Of a DNA stretch of 64,000 nucleotides, positions 34,501-44,551 are shown piece by piece. This DNA comes from Takakia lepidozioides (lineage: Eukaryota > Plantae > Bryophyta). A program made the translations under genes and the position numbers. Each line of letters opens with the position of its first letter. Position 1 is the stretch's first letter. Below the pieces are notes generated by a model that searched no databases, was not told where the DNA came from, and was given only the letters and a program-made list of their open reading frames with translations. The DNA lies in assembly GCA_030704615.1 (NCBI GenBank), contig CM060732.1:17422001-17486000 (forward strand), given 5' to 3'.

Positions 34501-36689
34501 ATGTCTGGCGGTATTGTTGACGAGTCTGAGAAAGATCTGCACGCCTTGGCAGAAGAGAAGAGAAAGGAAAGACGTGTCCCTGCTGGGCCAAAGTCGGCAA
34601 AGGAATCTGCTGCTCTGGAAGAATCCAGAAAGGCAGCTGAGATGGCACAAAAGACGGTGGATGCAGCTGTGCAGGCCCAACAGAAGGGGTCGAAGAAGAG
34701 GACTCGCCAGCAAGGAGCAGCTGTTGTGACACCCGCCAAAACGAAGAAGCAGAAACAGCCTGTTCAGGAAGAGGGTGAGGAAGAGGACTCCGATGGAGAC
34801 TTTGCAACCAGCCCACCCCCCCAAACGCAGGCTGCCCCTGTGCCCACCGTTGTCACCAGAGGCACGAGAACTGGCTCGGCAAAGAAGGCACTCTTCAACC
34901 CCCCAGGGGGGCACCCTTTCGAGCCGGTGGAAATGAAGAGGCCGAAAGTGGCTCCCGAAACTGTAGTCCAGTGTGTAAATGAGAGTTTCTTGGCGGCTTT
35001 GGATGGACGGGCAGCCAAGTTGGCATACATGAAGACCATGGAGGGTCTGAAGGGCAGAGCACTGAAGAAGGCGACGCCGAAGAGCCTTCCGACACCCAGG
35101 ATTTCAGATATGGTCTCGTTCTTTGAGAGGGTGTGTGCAGACAAGGATTGTAGGAGGGGCGGAAATGCCACCGAGTGGTCTTGCGATATGATCATCTTGG
35201 ATATTCCGGACGGAGAGCCTGTGGAAGGACTGCAAGCTTTGCCATCTTGGAACAGGTACTCGGAGGACTTTTGGAAGAAAGGATTCGGGCTTGCCCGCAT
35301 GGTGTTGGACGACAGAGGCTGTGTGGTTGTCCTGGCGAGCAGAGGAAAAAACACTCAGACAGGAATTGCGAAGTGGACCCGCAAGAGCGCCGTCCCGATT
35401 CTGAAAAAGAAGTGGACGTGCATCAACACACTGGGCCTTCGGTCGGAAGGGAAGAAGGTGATTACGACACTGGCACTCGTCCATTCATTTGCTTGGGTGC
35501 TTTCAAATGCGGTGCCGCATTCGGTTTCTAATCGTTTTCCCCCTGTGTATGCAGACGAAGCAGTTCGATGCATACTGCTTTGTGAAGGAAAACTCCACCT
35601 TTGCTTTCCGGAAGGAGGGAGGAAAGGTTGACCCGAACTGCGACCCACTCGATTACGACGTTCTGTTCAACAACGTTCCCAAGGAACTTCTCCCTCATAG
35701 CCTCACTTCAACGGAACCCCTGCGGTACTCACGGACTCGGAGCCCTGCCTTCATTCAGACAATTATGGAGACATGCACAGACGTGGAGGCACAGTGCTGG
35801 ACCTCATCTGTGGGACAGGTATGCAGAATCTTGATCTCTGCTGTTCTGCAAATTCTCGTTAGGATGTAGTTCGCAACATCTGAAGCGCCATGTGGTAATG
35901 TGTGGATGGCATTGTAACAGGTGCCTCAATGTGGGCTGGGCGGTTTTCCGACCGGCACCTCTTTGCCTACGAGGAGGATTCATCCGTGTGGGGATCCCAT
36001 CTGGAGGGGCTGCAACGGAATGTGAAGGCTCCCGACAGAGCGGAAGTCTCCTCGGATTCGTCGGAGTCCGAGGAAGACACAGTGGACATTGATGCAGAGG
36101 AGAACCCGGAATACGAGTGAGTGCAAACATTGTAAGTTTGCAAAGCCTTCTGGGTCATTTATGTCAAAGGAATTTCCCGACTGTGGTTCTCATTAGTCTC
36201 GTTGATGATTGTCATGTGCAGGATTGCAGGGTCCGGGTCGAAACATGTAGGGCCTACACTTCCTGCCAGGAAGAATGTCCCGTTCTTTGCGAGGGCCGAC
36301 TTCATGACGAGCCCGGTGAGGGACTACTCCCTTCCTAGTTATGCAGCTAACTCGCAAATACAGCGATTAGAAGAAGTGAGAATCCCAGTAAAGTAGAGCA
36401 GATTTTGGAGAGGGCTAGGGAGGACAGAAGGATAAGGAAAGAGTTGGCAGCAGCTCAGACAGGTAGACGGGTACGAAAGTACATATGTGATTCAGCGGAT
36501 GAGAGCGACGCAGACAGGGAGGAGGACGACCCAACGGAGGTGAGATGGACAGTTCCGCAAGGGGAAGATGGGATTTTCGAAAGCCTGGCCAACGAGCAGT
36601 CCGCTGGAGATGAGAGAGGCACTGAGGGGGTGGAGGAGGAGCAGGACAGTCTAGAACAGGATGAGGATTCCGATGATTTTCAAGATTAA
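31577..36689 (+). pseudogene. Spliced ParB/Srx-domain plus beta-class amino-DNA-methyltransferase-fold fusion gene (copy A)
   Basis: About 10 GT-AG exons, approx. 31577-31660, 31749-33012, 33125-33314, 33415-33698, 33779-33898, 33982-34198, 34345-35457, 35555-35818, 35921-36116, 36222-36689. ParB-like IPLCRMVSLPIVRQALPGDVDKLKFAFREGY...FFVWDGNHRLLAW. MTase motif IV region CDMIILDIPDG; motifs X-I-II RSPAFIQTIMETCTD..GGTVLDLICGT|GASMWAGRFSDRHLFAYEED. Frameshifts near 32220-32280 and 35783; stop at 36394. Confidence 0.82.
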
Positions 36690-36876
36690 TAGAATTTTAA
36701 TGAAGTCTCTGTAAATGTAAATTCTCTTCCAGAGTATATAAAGAAAATTCTGCCCGACATTCGTGACCCCTCTCCAGTGTGCATTCCAGCCACACAATCG
36801 CCCAAACCAGGACGCTCCCAAATCAGAAATGGGTCAGGGCATTTCCAAAATTTTGGCAACTCTAAGAACCTCTTTT

Positions 36877-37655
36877 GGAAATGCGGCACCGCATTTCCAA
36901 AACAGGGGAGGGACTAATTTTTCCATTTCAATGTTGGCATAGTAAAAAGTAATCTGAATTGGGAATGCGGTGCCGCATTCCAAAATTTCCTTTGTCCACA
37001 CGCCAGTTTTGGCCTCTCCCGCTCATTGCATGGATGCCACCACGCTTACAGAGGTCGAACAAGGAGGTCGAACAAGGAGGCCGACATGGCGGGATTGGAA
37101 ATGCGGTGCCGCATTTCCATATTGGGGATGGTGGTTGTTCGAACTGCAGACCCATCAGCAAAAACTGGCACCGCATTCCATTGTAAAAAAAAAGTCGATG
37201 ACGGACATGGAAATGCGGCGCCGCATTTCCAGAACGGACATCGCAATTTGTCAATTTGCAGACCCTCTCTCGGAAATGCGGTAACGCATTCCATCGCGCT
37301 GGTCGGAAATAGGTGCACTTTTCGAAGTGTTGGACGGAAATGCGGCACCGCATTCCCTTGTCCAAAAAGAAGTTTCCATTCCCAAGCTGGAAATGCGTCG
37401 CCGCATTTGCAATGCCAACCTCGTTTTCTGATCAATTTATAGACCCGTGTTGGTATTTCGTGTACCTGGACGGAAATGATGCACCACATTTTCTTGTCCC
37501 ACATGGAAATGCGGTGCCGCATTTCGATGTCCGACATGGAAATGTTGTGCCGCATTTCGATGCGGACATGGAAATGCGGCACCGCATTTCGATCCCGACA
37601 TGGAAATGCGGCGCCACATTTCCATGCCGACATGGAAATGCGGTGCCGCATTTCA
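36877..37655. repeat. Second subfamily-A palindrome array, downstream of the MTase gene
   Basis: Copies at ~36877, 36961, 37097, 37209, 37272, 37336, 37389, 37472, 37505, 37538, 37570, 37602 and 37634. Confidence 0.9.
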
Positions 37656-38168
37656 ATGTCCGACATGGCGTTACTCTGGTATATTCTTGACACATGACTC
37701 ACATACCGGTTACTCTGCTTTATTCAACCAGACAGACAAATTGTAGAAATGAGACATCAAATTGTAAACAGTGGGCCAAATCCGAGAGTTATTCAACACA
37801 ATGAAACACAGTCATACATAAGTGAGGTACATTCCAGGGCACACTCCAGGGCACATTTAAATTTCCCCCGTACAGGATCCTGGACCGATGAAGATTGGCT
37901 GCTGCATGAATGTAGCCGTTTCAGTTTCCTACCCTGCCATGCAAAATGGGCAGTCACTGCCAGGTGGGCCGATAGCCACTGGACACGACGAAGTCCATCC
38001 CCTCTTCGATGTAATGCGGCGCCGAATTTCCATCCGGGGGGATGGACTTCGGTGGCAGATCTCAAACTATAACTTGTTGATGAGAAAGATGTATGGCTTC
38101 ATCCACCGCTGGCGTGATGAACACGTTCCACCTCCGTCGGTGGGTACGTGTGACCCAGATGCTCCATT

Positions 38169-38843
38169 TTGGAGGCCGGACTGCTCTTCCGCTTCGTATC
38201 TTTTCCAAAATCTAAGGGCTTCGTAGCTGTCCGCAAGGTCATCGGCATCCAAGTCGTCCTCAGGTCCTCCTTTGCAAGGATGCCGTGCTTCCGGAACCGG
38301 GTCGACTGCCCCTTTGGAGGCATCGATTATGCAATGTATTCGGCCACATCGGGAGACATTGTTATCTGGTACACAGATTACACAGAAGATACTGGTTCGA
38401 TTGTGGAAACATTGGTGGCTTTTGAGTATATCGTAGGCCACTACGCCTTCGAGCGGGGTGACGATCTTGGTTTGAGGAGTCCGTGGCTCCTGCGCATCCT
38501 CGATTCCGATTTTCCCAGCTACGACGGTCACCCATGCAGAAGAAGGCGCACTGCTATGCTGTTGCGGTGGAACTGCTGCCACTGGACGTGGGTGGACTCC
38601 ATCGGAGAGACCTATTCTCCTCGAGGAGTGCGCTCCTCTTCTCCATTGTATGGGGACATTCGCATTGGTGTGGACGACGAAAACGTGAAGATTTCCATAT
38701 TCGATGGTGGTATGATTGAAGGGCAGGACATTGTGGTGAACATCACTAGGGGCGGTACAACGGCTGCAATCGACTTTACATGGAGGAGCCCCAGGACTCA
38801 TGAGCTAGTTCTGAGAGCAGTCGAAGTCCCATTGACAACGTGA
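38169..38843 (+). CDS. Hypothetical third ORF of element A; strand uncertain because antisense ORF 38067-38801 is also open
   Basis: 224-aa open frame between the second array and the TIR; no motif recognised. Confidence 0.3.
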   Translation: MEAGLLFRFVSFPKSKGFVAVRKVIGIQVVLRSSFARMPCFRNRVDCPFGGIDYAMYSATSGDIVIWYTDYTEDTGSIVETLVAFEYIVGHYAFERGDDLGLRSPWLLRILDSDFPSYDGHPCRRRRTAMLLRWNCCHWTWVDSIGETYSPRGVRSSSPLYGDIRIGVDDENVKISIFDGGMIEGQDIVVNITRGGTTAAIDFTWRSPRTHELVLRAVEVPLTT

Positions 38844-39306
38844 CTTGTATTCAGTAGGCACAGGGCTCAAGATTTGAGGGCACAATCAGCACAATAGACG
38901 TGCTTCAAATGCAATTCATGTGGATCAATAAAAACCTCATTGTGCCCTCTTTTTATTCTATTCTGTGTCCATTGTTCCGAGAATGCGTCATTGCTCATTT
39001 CGTTTGGGATTGGGAGTGTGGGTGAATTTTGCAAATGGCTGGTAGGCTGAAATGGGCCCCCATTGTACAGAGCAGTACCACCCTACCATTCGCGAAACAT
39101 TGCCTTTCAATATATAATTCTAAATAACATTGCCGAACCTCCTTCATCGGGAGGTCCTTCTCCCCCTATGACCGTGGCACCCTAAACCCTATTCCCGCGG
39201 ACACTCATTTCCGGAAAATAGTGCTGCTCATGTTTTTTTCCACACTTACGACTCTGCTCATGGCTCATGCCGCTCATGGCTCATGGCTCATGAAATAGCA
39301 GCCCCC

Positions 39307-42300
39307 CATTCAGCTTCTTATAGTTCACACATACTCTTAGTTTGCCATTCTTCTTGGGAACTATAACAATGGGTGACAACCAAGTTGTATACTCTATTGG
39401 GTATATAAACTTAGCCTCAGCCAACTTCTTTATCTCTTCTCCAACCTTCTGTGCGTAGTTGGGATTCATTCTATACCTCGCCTGCTTGATTAGTACTGAC
39501 CCTGGTTCCAGTTCAATTTTATGCTGACAGACTTCAGGTGGTATCCCTTTTAGATCCTCATAGCTCCAAGCAAATACATCTCTGTATTTGATGAACAAGC
39601 TTTTAGCTTCTTCGAAGAACTCTGGCTCCAAATCAGCTCCTACTTTCACCATTCTCGGTTCCTCCTGAGTTCCCACATTTACTTCTCTCACCTGCTCATC
39701 AGCTGTGATTGTCCAACCAGTCACCACTTCATCCTTTAAGCTCACAGTGGCTGGTTCTTCTAGGATTTCTATCTCTCCCTCCTTTTCTTCATAGAAATGT
39801 GGTGGGTAACAGTTGGTTTCCTCTTCAATTGGTGTTGCTGTCACTACACCACAGCAGATACCTCTCAAACAACTTAGGCTTTCCAGCCGCATCTCTGCAA
39901 CCTGCTCCCATTCTGGGTGTGCAGCAAATAGGGTAGCTTCCTGCTCCTCATCCAGTCCTCCCCTCCAGTCATACTCTCTGACTCCTCGAGGTCTTCTTGT
40001 AGCAGGTAATCTACTAGATTTCTTTGTGGTAATTTGTATCTCATGCATCCCATTATGCACAGTTAGTAACTGAGAATTCCAGTCATGGAATACCCTGGCC
40101 TGTTTCAGCCACGGACGTCCCAATAATAAGGAGTAAGCCTCCATGACTTCATCCATTTTTAATACAGTTATTGTGATCATAAAGATCATTTTCTGTATCT
40201 GTATCTTAACTCCTCTTATTAATCCCAATGGCTGTACACTTCTTTGATCTGCCATTGTTACTGTAAATGGGGCTGGTTTCATGTTACTTAGACCAAGCTT
40301 CTTCCTTAATTGGTCTGTCATGATATTTACTCCAGAACCACCATCTATCAGTACATCAGTTAGTTCTGTGCTTCCAATTCTCAATTGGATTATTGGCATA
40401 GAATCATCAAAGTCCATGACTGGTTCTCGCCCTTCCGGCTTCACATTATAACTGGTCACCTTGCTGTTCAGGTCTGTGTTTCCTGTCTCTTGGGCAATTC
40501 GATTGATTGCCTGATACAGCCTGTGCCTACAATAAGGTGCCACAGCTAATAGCTGTCCAATGGTAATTTCTGCTTTGGTCTGACATATTACTTCAGCCAA
40601 AGTCTCTTCATTACTTTGCATGTCTGCATCTTCTTTTTTCCTTTCTTCCTCACTCCCCTCTTTTTCTCCATCCGAATCAGAGGAATCTGCCACAGGAATA
40701 TCCGTACTCTTTTGCATTTCCCTTATAGTATCTGCCACTTCCTTGTGCAGTTCCTTCTCATCTTTCCAAGTCTCTTCATCTTCAGGCATATCATTGCCAC
40801 TTCCAGTCTCATCTTCTTCCTCTTCTACTGGAGGTATTAGTTTGGCTTTACTTCTTGTTACTATCATTGTACTTACTTCTGGTACAACACATGGCCTAAC
40901 CATGTGAGCTGCCACCACTGGGCCCTCATTCACAGGAGCTCTCATCTCATTCTGGTGTCTTATCCAGAATGAACAGGCTGCCTTGCGATGTCCTGGCTGA
41001 TTACAATAGTAACATAGCTCTTCACCATTGGGTCCTCGCCCTTGGTCTGTTCTTGGATTATTTCTATAATCCTGATTCCCGGGCTGGTAATTCCCCTTGG
41101 ATTACCCTGATAGTTGCCTCTGGAATTTCCTTGGTAATTCCCTCTTGAATTACCTCTCCCTTCCATGCCATTGTTATAACCACCAGACCTACCATAGTGG
41201 TCCTGATCATTATTTCTTCTTGGCTGGGGCTGCACTTGATGCACCCTTACTTGCCTAGGTTCTCTTGCAGCTGTCCTTCTGTTGTAGTAACAATTCTCAG
41301 TAGAATGGTTATCCATTTTACAGATAGTACAGTGTTTCTCCTTCATGTGGCATTCTGCAGTGGTATGGCCTTCATTCTGGCACTTTGCACACCATACACC
41401 CTTCCTCCAATGTGTTGCAGCCTCTGTGGCATACTTCTTCAAGATTTCTTCCAATCTTTTCTCATAGTTATCCCTCTTCAACTTTTCCTTTCTCTTACTC
41501 TTTCTTTTTAGTTCTTGCTCTTCTTCTTCATCTGACTCATCTTCAGAGTCCTCATCTTCCTTTTTCTCTCTCCTGAGCATTCCCAATTGCTCAATTCTGT
41601 TTGCAGTTTCAAATGCCTCCTCCACTGTATTATGGGGTAACATATCCACTTTCTTCTGCAACTCTGGTCTTAGTCCACTCACAAACCAAGTCTTCTGTAA
41701 ACCGGGTGCTGGTACTGCAGCCAGCTTTTTCATCATCAATTCCATCTTCTCCATATACTCTTCAACAGTTTCATGCTTCTTCTGCTTCAGCTGTTGTAAA
41801 CTTCCATACACTTCATCCTCAGTTTTACTTGTCCTGAACCTATTTCGAAATGCTGTATTCAAGCCATTCCAGGTTAGAAAATGATTATCAGGGAATCTTG
41901 CATACCATTCACTTGCTTTCTTGATAAGTGAACAAGGAAACAGTCTCATCTTGGCATCATCGCCATTCTCATTGTTCACTATACACATGTGCTCAAATTG
42001 GCTAATGTGTACATCGGGATCCCCTTTTCCTGAATATATTGGAAAGGGTGGTTTTGCCCGTGTTGGTTGTAACGCCATCTGTGGCCCTACCTTCTGCCCA
42101 CTGACAGGTGCTGGCACCCTTGCTGGTGCTGGTCCTTCTGGACCTGTTGTTTTTGTGGTGGATCTTCCACCAAGTGGTGGCCCTTGAGCACTCCCTGCTT
42201 CTGGCCCCACGATATTCACAGTATTCCCAGCTTCAGTTGCACTACTTCCCACACTCCCTGTCCCCCCAGAGCCAGATTCAGGCAGCCCGCCTGATCCCCC

Positions 42301-42828
42301 TGAGCCGACACCTTCGTTGGCCTGTGATCCAAGTGCTCCACTTGATCCAGGTCCAACGGGTTGGGATGTCCTGGTTGTAGTCTCAACCTCAGCTGTTGGG
42401 TCTACTTCTTCATATTCTTCCTCTTCTAATTTCTTCTCTCTGTTTTCATCCTCCAAGTTCTGCCCTTGGGTTTCTTCTTCACTCATGTAACTCAACTGTA
42501 ATGGTGTTGGAGAGTCTGAACTCTCCGTTGGCTCTGCCACATCCTCATCTCCTTCTTCATCTTCTGCTTCAGAAACTGGAGTTCCTGCTTTTGGTGTTCC
42601 ATGCCAACTCTTATCAAAGATTTCTGTCAAGTCTTTTATCCAAGGATGTACCTCAGATCTTTCACCTCGTGATTGATCTTCTTCCTGTACCAATTCCCTT
42701 AATCTTTCTTGCAAAGAAACAGAAGGAGTGGCATCCAACTCTAGTTCTTCCGGTATAGGTGATGCACTTTTGATCTTGATGGTGTGAGAGGTCCAGATGA
42801 TTCCCCTATGTCTATTCCTCTCTCCCAA
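39307..42828 (-). pseudogene. Gypsy gag-pol polyprotein with one frameshift, truncated in RT
   Basis: Retrotrans_gag-like YSGKGDPDVHISQF..LFPCSLIKKASEWY; zinc knuckles CAKCQNEGHTTAEC, CTICKMDNHSTENC and (pol frame) CYYCNQPGHRKAAC; protease VLIDGGSGVNIM; RT WLSPIVIVPKKNGKLRVCVNYKKLN. Frameshift near 41095. Confidence 0.92.
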
Positions 42829-42929
42829 AGATATGGATAATTAGCTTTCAGATAGCTTTCTCTTTTTGATGAATATCTTTGTCGTCTAGCTTCTTTTTCA
42901 TCACTCATGTCCCATGTCTTTCATTTCTT

Positions 42930-43625
42930 TTAATGTGGCAATAACCAAAACTCTCTTCTGTAATATCTCTCGTATATGCCTGGATTTCTTTCAAGCTTCA
43001 ATGCACCCTTGGCTATACTTGAAGTCTCCGTTACCATATAACCATATGGCAAACAAGTCTGAAAAGCTGTTCTTGGTGTGAGTTTGATCCACAAAATATC
43101 CTTTGGAATCCAATTCTTTACCAGTACAAGCTCTTCATGCATATGAGTATAAACATTCACCTTTCTTTCTTCCCAGCCTTCAAACTCTACTCGTTTAATG
43201 GATAGCAACGCTATCACATAAACTAATGTTGGTAACCAACGTGCTCTTCCTCTACAGGCTACCTGATAAATCTTTATCACTCCTTTCTCCAGACCCCATT
43301 CTGGATCAGCATCATGCACTCGTTTAAGAATATTTTCTTTACATCCGTCTGGCAATTCCAAGAACCTTTGAAAGAATTGTTTGGACAATCTTTCTTCCTT
43401 CGTTCCACAGGGAATTTGATTCACTTCAAATTCTTTAATGGTCCAACCACCATGATCCCACCAGATGCCTGTCACATCTGGTTGTTCATGTCCCAGGTCC
43501 CCAGTATGGTCGCCAAATGTCGCGCGGCTTTTACTCACCCATCCCTTCGCTATCCGAGGCGGAAACTCCAAGATAGAAGAGTTGGAAATCTCTAAGTACT
43601 CAGCCCGCGCAGAACAATCAGTCAT
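42930..43625 (-). CDS. Extra ORF upstream of gag, unknown function (231 aa)
   Basis: Open frame on the gag strand. A related sequence recurs at 48059-48238 and 54472-54710. Confidence 0.55.
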   Translation of the reverse strand: MTDCSARAEYLEISNSSILEFPPRIAKGWVSKSRATFGDHTGDLGHEQPDVTGIWWDHGGWTIKEFEVNQIPCGTKEERLSKQFFQRFLELPDGCKENILKRVHDADPEWGLEKGVIKIYQVACRGRARWLPTLVYVIALLSIKRVEFEGWEERKVNVYTHMHEELVLVKNWIPKDILWIKLTPRTAFQTCLPYGYMVTETSSIAKGALKLERNPGIYERYYRREFWLLPH

Positions 43626-44142
43626 GACCTACAGCCAGTGTATCATGGGGGTGTTTCCTATTTGTTTCCCTTTTCGCATTCATCTTAGCTACCTTACCAT
43701 TGATAATTAAGTATCAGTTTGCTTCATCAATCTATCGGTTTCCTTCACTCATCCATTCAATCCACAGCTTCACTCAGATCTCTCTACACAGTGTGATTGT
43801 ATCGTATAAGTATCAGATTATGATTTATCAGGTATCAGGCCGAAGCCATTATGTCTCTAATCTGCTCTACAATATCACTACAGCTTTGCATATAACAAGC
43901 ATCTACTAATCCTCTTTCCTCCTTCATCGTGCTCACCGACTTCCGCTCCCGCCTGACTCCGAAGTCCTCCCCGAATAATGATAATAATGATCCCTTCATC
44001 ATTCCCCGTTCTTCCCTTTATCCTCCTATCCGCGGTTCTAACCGTTTCCCTCTCTAACCGTCGTATGTGAACTAACATGTTCCCTTCACTGGTGTTGTTC
44101 CCCACAGTCGTTCCCTGTCCTACTCTTCGTTCCCTATTATCG

Positions 44143-44426
44143 TGACAGCTGTGTCAAGCGGTGACTGGCTGTGTTTGGCTGTGTCGGGCTGTGACTGGCT
44201 GTGTGGCTGTGCCGGGCTGTGACTGGCTGTGTGGGCTGTGTGGGCTGTGTCTGCTGTGACGACTGTGACGGGCTGTGTGGGCTGTGTGGGCTGTGACGAC
44301 TGACGGCTGTGTGGGCTGTGTCTGCTGTGACGACTGTGACGGCTGTGTGGGCTGTGTCTGCTGTGACGGCTGTGTGGGCTGTGACAACTGTGTGGGCTGT
44401 GACTGCTGTGTCGGCTGTGTGGGCTA
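44143..44426. repeat. GGCTGTGTG/GACTGT low-complexity tandem array in the gypsy 5' region
   Basis: Directly visible short-unit tandem repeats. Confidence 0.85.
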
Positions 44427-44551
44427 TGTAACCCCCCTCTACAGTGCGCTGCTGTCACCCCTAAGGTTCCTGTTTGTCTCAGTCTGTGCAAAAATTAAGG
44501 GTACCCTACAGATCCCGTATAAGTGTTTAAGTCCCCTACCGTCCTCTAACA

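Larger units (their letters stand above)
26137..39306 (-). mobile_element. MULE-like element A: transposase, ParB-MTase gene, unknown ORF and palindrome arrays; one TIR, other end deleted
   Basis: TIR GCTCATGAAATAGCAGCCCCC ends at 39306 and is the reverse complement of element B's left end. The same GGAAATGCGGNNCCGCATTTCC palindrome occurs from 29544 to 37655, including inside MTase-gene introns. Confidence 0.85.
39307..44551 (-). mobile_element. 5' half of a Ty3/gypsy LTR retrotransposon (non-chromovirus-like) with an extra ORF upstream of gag
   Basis: gag, protease and the start of RT are present; RT is cut by element A at 39306. A possible short LTR-like segment TGTTAG...GTTACA lies at 44551-44427 (weak). 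Confidence 0.85.

Noticed and set aside
31577-36689. Bacterial or phage contamination as the source of the ParB-MTase
   Set aside because: The gene has many GT-AG introns, several shared between diverged copies, and is embedded in nested plant transposons.
36877-37655. Canonical bacterial parS sites
   Set aside because: The sequence does not match TGTTTCACGTGAAACA; only a functional analogy is proposed.
44120-44491. His/Ser-rich or Cys-rich metallothionein-like ORFs
   Set aside because: Artefacts of the GGCTGTGTG low-complexity array.
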